A stretch of 64,000 nt of DNA from an uncultured delta proteobacterium (lineage in GTDB: Bacteria; Myxococcota; Myxococcia; Myxococcales; Myxococcaceae): positions 672,001 through 736,000 of the forward strand of contig CAWCKH010000003.1 in assembly GCA_963796055.1 (NCBI GenBank), in the 5' to 3' direction. This document shows positions 20,481 to 30,665 of the stretch, in pieces (position 1 is the stretch's first letter; each line of letters opens with the position of its first letter). Both the position numbers and the translations under genes were made by a program. The notes under the pieces are model-generated. The model was not told where the DNA came from, did not search any database, and saw nothing but the letters and a program-made list of their open reading frames with translations.

Positions 20481-22157
20481 TCAATCCTCGAGCTCAGCGG
20501 CCGTCCGCGCCTCGTCGCTCGCCAGGATCGCCACGAGGTCCGGCACCGGGCTCAGCGCCACCAGCTGGCGGGCGATGGCGATGCCCCTCCGGTCGCCGCG
20601 CCCCGCCAGCCACTGGGCGTGCTCGGCGGCGAGGGCGAGCTGAAGCGCCCGCCCCACCGCGAGCGCGAAGCGCCGCGCTCCACCTTCCAGCTGGGCCGGC
20701 CCTCCCTGGTGGGCGACGCCGAACCAGCCACCCGCGGCGTCCATCAGCGCACGCGCGCGGGTCCGCACGGGCGCGAGCGCCGCGTCGGTCGCCGCGCCCA
20801 GCGCCCGGGACAGCTCGGCGTCCACGTCGCGCAATCCCGCCTCGCCGGTGAGCGCGCGCAGCAGATCCAGCGAGAGGACGTTGGTCGTCCCTTCCCAGAT
20901 CGGAAGCACCTGCGCATCGCGCAGAAGCACCGGAAGTCCCGTGTCCTCGACATACCCCGCCCCGCCGAATGACTCGAGCACCTCGCTCGCGTGCGCCACC
21001 GCCTGCTTTCCGGTGACCAGCTTGGCCACGGGCTGGAGCGCACGGACCAGTCGTCGCTCCCAATCGGTTGCCTCCTGGACCTCGACCCGGCCGAGCAGCT
21101 CGAGCAGGCGGAAGGTCAAGAGGAAGGCCGCCTGGTACTCTGCCTCGAGCTCGGCCAGGGTCTGCACGTGGAGCGGCTTGTCCGCGAGCCGTGCGCCGAA
21201 GGCCGAGCGCCGGCCCGCGTAGTCGCGGGCCAGGGCGATACCCCGCCGCATCGAGCACACCGCACAGAGCGCGTTCCAGGTCCGGGTGATCTGCAGCATC
21301 GGGGCGATGGCCCGGACTCCCTCGGACAGGCCGCTGACCGCGGTGGCGAGCGCGCCGTCCAGCTCGACCTCCGCGGTGGGGAGCATCCGCGTCCCGAGCT
21401 TCTCCTTCAGCCGGAGCACCTTCACCCCGTTGGGGGTCCCGTCCGGTCGACGGAGCTCGAGGTAGAAGAGTGCCAGCCCCTTGCCGCCGCCCGGGTTGCC
21501 CTCGGGCCGGGCGAGGGTCAGGGTCATCTCGCTGGTGGTGGCCGAGGTGAACCACTTGGTCCCGTGGAGCCGCCAGGCGTCGCCATCGCGCACCGCCCGG
21601 GTCAGGCTCTGCCCCACGTCGGAGCCCCCGGTGCGCTCGGTCATCCACTGCCCGCTGGTCCAAGCGCGCGCGGGGTCGCGGCTGGTGAGGCGGGGGACCG
21701 CCCGCTCGACCAGGGCCGCGTTGCCGTGGGCGAGAAGGGTGGTCGCCGCGCCGTCGGTCATCGCCAGGGGACAGGTGTAGATGGAGCTCGACGGGCCGAA
21801 GAGGTGCACCAGGGCCCCCTGGTGGATCCGGGAGAAGGCCCCCTGGGCGCGCTGGTGGGGAATCGCCACCAGGCCCCACTCCGCCGCGAGGCGGGCGAAG
21901 GTGCGCCACGCTTCCGGTACCCGGATCTCGTCGATGCGGCGGCCCCATGCATCGTAGGGAACCAGTTCCGGCTCCTCCCGGCGCGACCGGGTGGACAGCT
22001 CGAGGAGCGTCGTCGCCGCCAGCTCGCCCATCTCGCGCAGCTCGGGCTCGATGGACCGGCGCACGGGCTCCGGCAAGGTCCGCTCCAGCCAGCTGCGGAG
22101 GAGGAGGTCGGAGTCGTACTGGTTCCCGAGCCGGGGCGGTTCCTGGAAGAAGTCCAT
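20481..22157 (-). CDS. Acyl-CoA dehydrogenase family protein (AidB-like)
   Basis: MDFFQEPP start; CPLAMTDGA, SGQWMTERTGGSDV, GTKWFTSA, LKEKLGTR, IWEGTTNVL. Confidence 0.9.
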   Translation of the reverse strand: MDFFQEPPRLGNQYDSDLLLRSWLERTLPEPVRRSIEPELREMGELAATTLLELSTRSRREEPELVPYDAWGRRIDEIRVPEAWRTFARLAAEWGLVAIPHQRAQGAFSRIHQGALVHLFGPSSSIYTCPLAMTDGAATTLLAHGNAALVERAVPRLTSRDPARAWTSGQWMTERTGGSDVGQSLTRAVRDGDAWRLHGTKWFTSATTSEMTLTLARPEGNPGGGKGLALFYLELRRPDGTPNGVKVLRLKEKLGTRMLPTAEVELDGALATAVSGLSEGVRAIAPMLQITRTWNALCAVCSMRRGIALARDYAGRRSAFGARLADKPLHVQTLAELEAEYQAAFLLTFRLLELLGRVEVQEATDWERRLVRALQPVAKLVTGKQAVAHASEVLESFGGAGYVEDTGLPVLLRDAQVLPIWEGTTNVLSLDLLRALTGEAGLRDVDAELSRALGAATDAALAPVRTRARALMDAAGGWFGVAHQGGPAQLEGGARRFALAVGRALQLALAAEHAQWLAGRGDRRGIAIARQLVALSPVPDLVAILASDEARTAAELED

Positions 22158-22172
22158 CGCCTCCGGGAGCTT

Positions 22173-22217
22173 ACTCCGGCCGCCCTGACCAAGCTGACTG
22201 CGGCCGCCCTGACCTAG
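22173..22217. repeat. Short 24-bp-period direct repeat
   Basis: ACTCCGGCCGCCCTGACCAAG / ACTGCGGCCGCCCTGACCTAG; 14-bp identical core at 22177-22190 and 22201-22214. Confidence 0.7.
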
Positions 22218-22948
22218 ACCTCGACCAGCGCGAACCGCTGCTCGGGCGTGGTCTTCGCCAGCAGCGGCATCGCCACGTTCAGCACCCGGATTCCGCCCGG
22301 CGTCTTGCCCTCGCGCGAGCCGAAGTGGGAGTGGCCGTGGAACACCACCGCCGCGCCGTAGTGATCGATGGGGTAGACGAGCCGGCTGGTGCCCAGAAAG
22401 GGCATGAGCTCCGGCTGCTCCCCGGCACAGGTGTCGGGAATCGGGCTGTAGTGGAGCATCACCACCTTCTTCGGGGTGTCGAGCTGGCCCAGCGCTGCCT
22501 CCAGCTTCAACGACTCGCTCACGCCCTCCTGGACGAAGGCCTTGACCGGACCCTCGCCGAAGGCCTGGAGCGTGGCCCGCCCGAACCCGCCGCCGAACCC
22601 CTTGATGCCCGCCACCCCGAGCACCTTCTCGAAGACGTAGTGGTCCCCGTCCAGGACGTGCACGCTGGCCTTGTTCAGCTCGGCGCAGATCTGCTTGCTG
22701 CACCCGCCCTCGTAGTCGTGGTTGCCAAAGACCGCGACGCAGGGGATGCGCAGCGCTGAGAGATCCTCGGCCAGGGTCCGCGCCTCCTCCGGTGTGCCGC
22801 GGTCGGTGAGGTCCCCGCAGAGGAGCAGGACGTCGGCCACCTCGTTGACGTGCTTGATGAAGTTCCGGAACCGGCCGTGCTGATCCTCCCGGCAGTGGAG
22901 GTCACCTGATGCCGCTACCCGGACCTTGGAGTTCGGATCCCGTGCCAC
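22214..22948 (-). CDS. Calcineurin-like metallophosphoesterase
   Basis: GDLH, GDLTD, GNHD, HYSP, HGHSH motifs. Confidence 0.9.
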   Translation of the reverse strand: MARDPNSKVRVAASGDLHCREDQHGRFRNFIKHVNEVADVLLLCGDLTDRGTPEEARTLAEDLSALRIPCVAVFGNHDYEGGCSKQICAELNKASVHVLDGDHYVFEKVLGVAGIKGFGGGFGRATLQAFGEGPVKAFVQEGVSESLKLEAALGQLDTPKKVVMLHYSPIPDTCAGEQPELMPFLGTSRLVYPIDHYGAAVVFHGHSHFGSREGKTPGGIRVLNVAMPLLAKTTPEQRFALVEV

Positions 22949-23756
22949 TGGACGCTCCTCGCTTTCGCTCGTCCCGCTCCCGGCCGCTGGCGTACCCCCA
23001 GGAGTCGATGTCGAGCCGGAAGTTCACCCGCGACAGCAGATCGCCGCGGCAGATCCTCTCCTCCTCCGGCCCCGACTTGAGCGTCTCTACCGCTCGGGAG
23101 AGGAGATCGGTCATCACCCGGTCGGGGACCACGTCGCGATCGCTGGGGTACGCGAAGCGGAAGAACATGAGGTGCCCGAGCAGGACCTCCCAGTAGCGCT
23201 CGAAGCGCCGCAGCACGCGGTCCCAGTCGAGCTTGGCCCCGAGAGCCCGGAGCAGGTGGTAGACGTCGGCACCGTCGAAGCGCTCGCGCTCCATCACGAA
23301 CGCCTTGCTCCAGATCATCTCCTCGGCGGCAACCAGCGGGACGTCCTGGCCGAACACCCGGCCCGGGACCGCGTGCTCGAACCAGCCGGGGTCCACCACC
23401 GCCACGCCGTTCCCGGAGCTGAAGATGAGGTCCACGAAGTACTCGCCCTTGAAGCCCTTCGCCAGCCACCCGTCCGGGTGGTGCTCGGTGCGCCAGCCGT
23501 CCCCGGCCAGCACCGCCAGGGCACGCTCCACGTCCTCGGGCATCAGGAAGAGGTCGAGGTCCTTGGTGTCCCGGTAGATGCCGGTGTAGTGGGCGAAGGC
23601 GTAGGCCCCGCCCACCAGGAAGGGCACTCCGGCCGCCCGTACCACCTGGATGGCCCGCGCCCGGGCCTCGAGCTCGTCCCCCTCGCGCATCCGCTCCGCC
23701 GCCGAGGCCTCGGTGGAGAGCTCGCCGGGATGGTTCGGGTGCCGCGCCTCGCCCAT
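22902..23756 (-). CDS. Nucleotidyltransferase family protein
   Basis: FLVGGAYA...RDTKDLDLF; VDLIFSSGNG; EEMIWSKAF. Confidence 0.85.
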   Translation of the reverse strand: MGEARHPNHPGELSTEASAAERMREGDELEARARAIQVVRAAGVPFLVGGAYAFAHYTGIYRDTKDLDLFLMPEDVERALAVLAGDGWRTEHHPDGWLAKGFKGEYFVDLIFSSGNGVAVVDPGWFEHAVPGRVFGQDVPLVAAEEMIWSKAFVMERERFDGADVYHLLRALGAKLDWDRVLRRFERYWEVLLGHLMFFRFAYPSDRDVVPDRVMTDLLSRAVETLKSGPEEERICRGDLLSRVNFRLDIDSWGYASGRERDERKRGASSGTGSELQGPGSGIR

Positions 23757-23787
23757 GCCCGGGCGAAGGTAGGGAGGGCCTCCCGTC

Positions 23788-23816
23788 TTGACACCCCCCG
23801 GGGGTGCCGTTACGTC
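23788..23816 (+). promoter_or_regulatory. Probable sigma70 promoter of rpoZ
   Basis: TTGACA, 17 nt, TACGTC (weak -10). Confidence 0.45.
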
Positions 23817-23868
23817 CACCCCCTTTCCGCTCCCCCCGGGGGGGCTGGCTCCAGAGGAATTCCCGAAG

Positions 23869-24132
23869 ATGGCCCGCGTCACCGTCGAAGACTGCCTCCC
23901 CCTCGTCGACAACCGGTTCGCCCTGGTGCTGCTGGCGGCGAAGCGGGCCCGTCAGCTGATGGCAGGGGCCCGGCCGCTGATCGAGACCTCGAAGAACAAG
24001 CCGCCGGTGCTGTCCCTGCGCGAGGTGGCCACCGGGCGGGTGAAGTTCGATCGCGACGTGCGCGAGACCCTGTCCGGGAAGTACGACGCCGAGTCGGCGG
24101 CGTCGACGTCCAAGCCTGCAGCCGCCCTGTAG
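23869..24132 (+). CDS. rpoZ: RNA polymerase omega subunit
   Basis: [30 protein letters not shown]...[10 protein letters not shown]. Confidence 0.96.
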   Translation: MARVTVEDCLPLVDNRFALVLLAAKRARQLMAGARPLIETSKNKPPVLSLREVATGRVKFDRDVRETLSGKYDAESAASTSKPAAAL

Positions 24133-24149
24133 GCAGCCGGTTTCCGCCG

Positions 24150-25937
24150 TCAGGACGGAGGGGCGCTCAGGGACACCACGCCGCGCCGGATGAGGTCCCG
24201 CAGCACCTCCTCCAGCTCGATCGGGGACTCGTCCAGCCGCGCCAGGACCTCACGCGGGGGCAGCCCCTGCTCGCAGAGGAGCCGCGCCGCGGGGAGCCAC
24301 TGCTCGGGTCCGTTCCGGACGTAGACCTCGTACAGCTCGGGGTTCACGTGGATCTCGATGGGGTTGACCATCAACCCGTCGCGGAGCCGCCGGGCGTTGT
24401 CGTTGAGGAGCTGGGTGGCCCGGACCAGCAGCTCGGGCACCGGGAGCATCAGCGTCTGCCGGGGCCCGGGCTCGGCCGGGTTCCAGGTCGCCTCGGTGCA
24501 GCGGCTGGCGACGAAGGCGTTGAGCGCCCGCTCGCCCACTGCCTGGTGGGAGCCGGTCTGGGCCGAAGCGTGGATGGCACGCCCCTGCCGGAACGCGACC
24601 TCGTAGGTGGCCCAGCTGTCGCGCGCCCGGAGCGTCCCGGTGATGCCGGCGGCGGCCAGCTCGCGGAGCGTCCACTGCACCCCGAGCTGCCCCACCGGGA
24701 TGGTCCGCAGCGAGCCGGAGCCGATGTCCGCCCGGGCCTGCTGCCGCGGCTGGAGGAGCGACTGGACCTGGCTCACCAGCGCCTCGAGCCGGAGCGTCTT
24801 CGGGAAGTAGGCCTGGGCTCCGGCGTCGAGCGCCTTCAGCGACTCGCGGTAGTGGTCCTGGCAGCTCAGCATCGCGAAGGGCAGCTCGCGGGTCCGGTAG
24901 TCGTCGCGGATGAGGCGCAGCAGGCCCCAGCCGTCCATCTTCGGCATGTTGAGGTCGGCGATGAGCAGCTCGTACTCCCCGGAGGTCGCCGCCTCGTAGC
25001 CGGCCAGCCCGTCCGAGGCCGAGGTGACGTCGAAGCCCTTGCGGCGGAACAGCGCGCCGAACATCCGGCACAGCTCCTCGTCGTCGTCCACCAGGAGGAT
25101 GGGGACGTGCGGGGGCGCGGGCGTGGGGGTGTTGCCCTCCAGGACCAGCAGCTGCTCGCCCTCCGCCTCGGCGTCGACCGCGATGGGACCGCTCCCCTCG
25201 GCGAGGAGCACCTCGGGACCGCCGTCCGGGACGATGTCGTACCCGCTCTCCTCCATGGAGGGGGGAGGCACCGCGGGCTTCCGGTCGAGGTGGATGGCGA
25301 CCTCGGTTCCCTCCCCCTCCTGCCCGCTCAGCTGGAAGAATGCCCACGGCGTGCGAGGCAGCGCCAGCATCGCTGCCAGCGCGACCTCGCCCCGCGCGTC
25401 GCGGTGCCGCGCCCCACGCAGCACCCCATGGGTGAAGAGGGCCTGGCTCTCGCCCGGCGTGCCGGGGTTCAGCTTCAGCGCGCCGGACCGAAACGTGCGC
25501 TGGATGTGCTCCACCATCCGGAGGGCCTCGAAGCCGACCACCCGCCCCGAGCGCTCCGGAAGCTCGGCCAGGACCTGTCGCACCCGGTCGGGGTGCTCGA
25601 ACGGCTGGAAGGGGCGGAGGAGCAGCTCCACCACCCCGCTCCGCATCTGCGAGACGAAGGGAGCCTCGAGGGCCTGGTCCCCGAGCAACACCACCGGGAG
25701 GCGGGAGAGGGTCGCGTCGTGGGCCAGCGTGCCCAGCAGCTGGGAGACGAGGGGTGTGTCCAGATTCCCCACCGCCAGCACGGCATCCACCGACGTCGAG
25801 CGGAGCAAGTTGAGGGCGCGCCGCAGGTCGGGCACCGCCCGGAAACCGAACTCGGCGCGGGTGAAGGCCTCGGAAAGCGCGCGGGCCGACGCCAGGTCGG
25901 GGTCCACCGCGAGGATGGAGAGCTTCGTCACGGTCAA
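24150..25937 (-). CDS. Multi-domain response regulator (degenerate REC, DUF4388-like, acidic linker, REC, DUF4388-like)
   Basis: ILLVDDDEE...LLIADLNMPKMDG...YFPK canonical REC; N-terminal REC-like region lacks the acceptor Asp; SGALKL / TGTLRAR...FRQGRAIHA repeats. Confidence 0.78.
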   Translation of the reverse strand: MTVTKLSILAVDPDLASARALSEAFTRAEFGFRAVPDLRRALNLLRSTSVDAVLAVGNLDTPLVSQLLGTLAHDATLSRLPVVLLGDQALEAPFVSQMRSGVVELLLRPFQPFEHPDRVRQVLAELPERSGRVVGFEALRMVEHIQRTFRSGALKLNPGTPGESQALFTHGVLRGARHRDARGEVALAAMLALPRTPWAFFQLSGQEGEGTEVAIHLDRKPAVPPPSMEESGYDIVPDGGPEVLLAEGSGPIAVDAEAEGEQLLVLEGNTPTPAPPHVPILLVDDDEELCRMFGALFRRKGFDVTSASDGLAGYEAATSGEYELLIADLNMPKMDGWGLLRLIRDDYRTRELPFAMLSCQDHYRESLKALDAGAQAYFPKTLRLEALVSQVQSLLQPRQQARADIGSGSLRTIPVGQLGVQWTLRELAAAGITGTLRARDSWATYEVAFRQGRAIHASAQTGSHQAVGERALNAFVASRCTEATWNPAEPGPRQTLMLPVPELLVRATQLLNDNARRLRDGLMVNPIEIHVNPELYEVYVRNGPEQWLPAARLLCEQGLPPREVLARLDESPIELEEVLRDLIRRGVVSLSAPPS

Positions 25938-25961
25938 CGAGAGAGGACTGTACCAGGACCC

Positions 25962-26600
25962 TCAGGCCGCGCGCGCCAGATGCCGCAGCTTGGCCTCCGC
26001 CCCGAGCCTGTAGGCGTACCTCAGCGCAGCGAGGAGCCGATCCAGCCGGCGCGCCACGACGTGGGCCAGCAGCCAGCGGGTGAAGAGCGCCGCCAGCCGG
26101 TTGGCCTCGACGTACCGTGCCTGCTCCTCGGGGGTCAGCCCGGGCCGATAGGAGACGTCGTGGAAGAGCCGGGCGTGGAGCTGCCAGGCCGAGGCGGCCT
26201 GCAGCGCGGGCCAGTGGTGGAGCACCAGGCTCGCGAACTTGTCCACCTCGGCCTGGACCTCCAGCTCGAGGATCGACAGCCGCCGCCCGAGCTGCGCCGA
26301 GCGGGTCAGGTAGAGGAAGTGGCTCACCCCCTCGGCCAGCCGGCAGTACGCGTCGAGCCCGGGGACGAGCCAGCCCGGATCGCGGAGCGAGCGCGCCTCG
26401 AGGTGGGTCCGCAGCGCGGCCGAGTAGTACAGCCCGATCTCCAGACCGTCCGCGGCCTCGTGGACCCAGAGCTCCTCGTCCGAGCGGGGAGAGCGGAGGA
26501 GCTCGGCGTGCTCGGGATGGAGGAGGAAGTCCGAGGCCCGGGGACACTCGATGTCGTAGATGGCCTGCAGCTGGTCCTGGACCTCGTCGACGAGCTTCAG
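25962..26600 (-). CDS. Conserved-looking hypothetical protein; probable CTG start
   Basis: LQAIYDIEC...LAEGVSHFLY...ELEVQAEVDKF...RYVEANRLAA; CTG overlaps upstream TGA with GGAGG 9 nt before it. Confidence 0.72.
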   Translation of the reverse strand: MKLVDEVQDQLQAIYDIECPRASDFLLHPEHAELLRSPRSDEELWVHEAADGLEIGLYYSAALRTHLEARSLRDPGWLVPGLDAYCRLAEGVSHFLYLTRSAQLGRRLSILELEVQAEVDKFASLVLHHWPALQAASAWQLHARLFHDVSYRPGLTPEEQARYVEANRLAALFTRWLLAHVVARRLDRLLAALRYAYRLGAEAKLRHLARAA

Positions 26601-27184
26601 TTGGGCAGCCCTCCGCGGGGCGGAAGCAGCCCGGCGTCGATGAGCACGCTCTCCAGCGTGTCGCTCCCGGTGCGACGCCACGACTCGTAGACCCGCAGCG
26701 CGCCGGCCGGAGAGCTCCTCGCCGAGGAGCGGGCGGCGATGCCCTCCAGCACCTCGACCAGCGGGCGGAACTTGCGGCCCAGCTCGTCGTAGACGTGGGC
26801 GAAGCCGCCACGGGCGAGCGCCGCGACCTGGGTATAGGCGGCACGGCCCATGTCGATGGTGTAGCCCCTTCCCACCACGCTGTGGCGGAGCGCCCCGGCG
26901 AAGAACCCCGCCTTGTAGAGCGACACATCACCCAGCCGGCGGAGGATGCGGATCCGCTCCTCCCGCTCGGCGGCCTGGGCGCGGTGGTACAGCAGCGCGA
27001 GTGGCTCCTCCGCTCCCCCCAGCTCCTCGGGGGCGAACAGCCGATCGGCAGCGGCGAACTCGGCCAAGAGGTTCGCCAGGTAGAACTCGGTCACCTCCGC
27101 CACGTCCAGCCCGGTCTGCCCCAGCGCCTCGTCCAGGAGTGACTTGAAGAATTGCTTCAGCGAGGTGACAGCGACGAGATCCAT
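26597..27184 (-). CDS. Conserved-looking hypothetical protein divergent from groES
   Basis: EFYLANLL, LRRLGDVSLYKAGFF, YTIDMGRAAY, LRVYESWRRTGS. Confidence 0.78.
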   Translation of the reverse strand: MDLVAVTSLKQFFKSLLDEALGQTGLDVAEVTEFYLANLLAEFAAADRLFAPEELGGAEEPLALLYHRAQAAEREERIRILRRLGDVSLYKAGFFAGALRHSVVGRGYTIDMGRAAYTQVAALARGGFAHVYDELGRKFRPLVEVLEGIAARSSARSSPAGALRVYESWRRTGSDTLESVLIDAGLLPPRGGLPN

Positions 27185-27257
27185 CGATGCTCACACAAGA
27201 CTAGCAATGGCTGGGCCACCCGTGCACTCCGGTCGCCTGGAATTTCGCGGGGTTGGG

Positions 27258-27284
27258 CTGGCACTCGCGTCCAGCCGCTGCCAG
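27258..27284. promoter_or_regulatory. CIRCE-like HrcA operator 1
   Basis: CTGGCACTC-N9-CGCTGCCAG vs consensus TTAGCACTC-N9-GAGTGCTAA. Confidence 0.55.
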
Positions 27285-27292
27285 AACGGACC

Positions 27293-27319
27293 TTGGCACT
27301 CGTCGCCGGACAGTGCTCA
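27293..27319. promoter_or_regulatory. CIRCE-like HrcA operator 2
   Basis: TTGGCACTC-N9-CAGTGCTCA. Confidence 0.7.
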
Positions 27320-27384
27320 TCCGACGGGCCAGGCCAGACGAAAAAGTCAAGTGCAACGCGCGCTTGCGCTCGCGCCCGGGCGCC

Positions 27385-27412
27385 TTGACACGTCGATCTC
27401 CGCGGTTATTGT
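27385..27412 (+). promoter_or_regulatory. sigma70-type promoter of groESL
   Basis: TTGACA, 16 nt, TATTGT, directly upstream of CIRCE 3. Confidence 0.65.
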
Positions 27413-27428
27413 CCGCCGCGCCAAGGGC

Positions 27429-27455
27429 CTGGCAGTCGAGCAGTCCGAGTGCCAA
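27429..27455. promoter_or_regulatory. CIRCE HrcA operator 3
   Basis: CTGGCAGTC-N9-GAGTGCCAA between the promoter and groES. Confidence 0.8.
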
Positions 27456-27496
27456 CCCGCGCAACGCAAACCCACATCGATGCACGAGGAACGAAC

Positions 27497-29456
<1,960 letters not shown>

Positions 29457-29487
29457 GGCCCCCGCTCCGGTCTCTCCGGAGTGCCGT

Positions 29488-29540
29488 GGCCCTCGTTCCG
29501 GTCCCCTCGGGGACTCGGGACGGGGGCCGCCTCGTTTCGA
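29488..29540 (+). terminator. Long GC hairpin after groEL (probable terminator, possibly bidirectional)
   Basis: GGCCCTCGTTCCG GTCCC CTCG GGGAC T CGGGACGGGGGCC; only a short T run follows. Confidence 0.55.
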
Positions 29541-29543
29541 GAC

Positions 29544-29930
29544 TCAGCCCCGTCCGTGGGGGAACGGGCCAGGGGCGGGAAGTGGTGTCCCGGTGGGACC
29601 GATGCCGAAGAGGCGCCGCAGCTCCTCGGGCGCGTCGGTGAACGTCACGCCCATCCGCCCGCGCATGTTGAGCCGGAAGTCGCCCTGCTTGGCCCAGGCG
29701 ACCCGGCCGGAGAACTCGTGCTCCTGACCATCGACCAGGAGCGTGCCCTTGACCGCGGTCCCCTTGGGGAAGACCCGCATCAGCTCGGCACAGAAACCGC
29801 CCGCCGACACGTCCACGGTGAAGCCCGACGCGGCCCCCATCTGCACCTTGAACCGGCGACGTTGCCGGCCGAGGACCCGCGTGTTCTGCACGGCCGCTTG
29901 ACCCCCACGGATGGCCACTTCCACTGGCAT
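29544..29930 (-). CDS. Stand-alone PilZ domain protein
   Basis: RQRRR and DVSAGG c-di-GMP motifs, GRVAW, MGVTF; start is ATG 29930 or GTG 29891. Confidence 0.8.
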   Translation of the reverse strand: MPVEVAIRGGQAAVQNTRVLGRQRRRFKVQMGAASGFTVDVSAGGFCAELMRVFPKGTAVKGTLLVDGQEHEFSGRVAWAKQGDFRLNMRGRMGVTFTDAPEELRRLFGIGPTGTPLPAPGPFPHGRG

Positions 29931-30015
29931 CCGGCATCCCCCCGCCGCATGTCTGGGGGAACCCCGGAGTTTCAGTTGAGCATGCCGGGACCGGGACGTC
30001 CAACGAAGGAAAGCC

Positions 30016-30276
30016 ATGGCCGCCGTCGTCATCTACAGCACCGAGTCCTGTGTCTTCTGTTTACGGGCCAAGGAGTATCTGCGCTCGAAAGGCGTTCCGT
30101 ACCAGGAGGTGGACGTGACCGGAGACGATGACGCCCGGGCCCTGCTGGTGGAGCGCTCGAACGGCCAGCTCACCGTGCCGCAGATCTTCGTCGGCGACGT
30201 CCACATCGGCGGCTACACCGACCTGGTCCGCCTGGACGGCGAGGGGAAGCTCCAGCCCTTGCTCGCGCGATCCTGA
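30016..30276 (+). CDS. Glutaredoxin (GrxC-like)
   Basis: CVFC, TVPQIF, IGGYTDL; RBS AAGGA. Confidence 0.9.
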   Translation: MAAVVIYSTESCVFCLRAKEYLRSKGVPYQEVDVTGDDDARALLVERSNGQLTVPQIFVGDVHIGGYTDLVRLDGEGKLQPLLARS

Positions 30277-30341
30277 GCGGGCGCCCGGGGTTTCCGCGCG
30301 GCCGGGGGTGCCTACCTTCGATCCCTGGCCGGAGGACTCCC

Positions 30342-30638
30342 ATGGCAGAGATTCAGGCGAACACCTCAGATCCCCTGTACGACCTGGTGGGCACGCTGTA
30401 CCACGCGCTGAAGCAGGCGGCGGCGGCGGAGCGCCACGCCGCCGACGCTCAGCGGGGCCGCGACACCGAGCTCGCCGCGCTCTTCCACGATGTGCGCGAG
30501 CAGTCACTCGACCTCGCCGCCCGCTGCAAGACGCTGCTCGCCCGCCGCCTGGGGACTGCCGCCGGAGACCGGACACAGACCCGGGTGGAGGAGGCCTCGG
30601 AGGAGAGCTTCCCCGCGAGCGACGCCCCCGGGTACTAG
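30342..30638 (+). CDS. Small hypothetical protein ending in EEASEESFPASDAP
   Basis: 98-aa ORF, RBS GGAGG, helical N-terminal part. Confidence 0.75.
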   Translation: MAEIQANTSDPLYDLVGTLYHALKQAAAAERHAADAQRGRDTELAALFHDVREQSLDLAARCKTLLARRLGTAAGDRTQTRVEEASEESFPASDAPGY

Positions 30639-30665
30639 CCGGCGCGGTGCGGTACGCTCCCGGAC

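Noticed and set aside
22926..26690. 1254-aa plus-strand ORF
   Set aside because: Antisense shadow of real minus-strand genes, also overlapping rpoZ in another frame; no recognisable motifs.
27345..27350. Minus-strand TTGACT as a divergent promoter
   Set aside because: No -10 element at 16-18 nt spacing.
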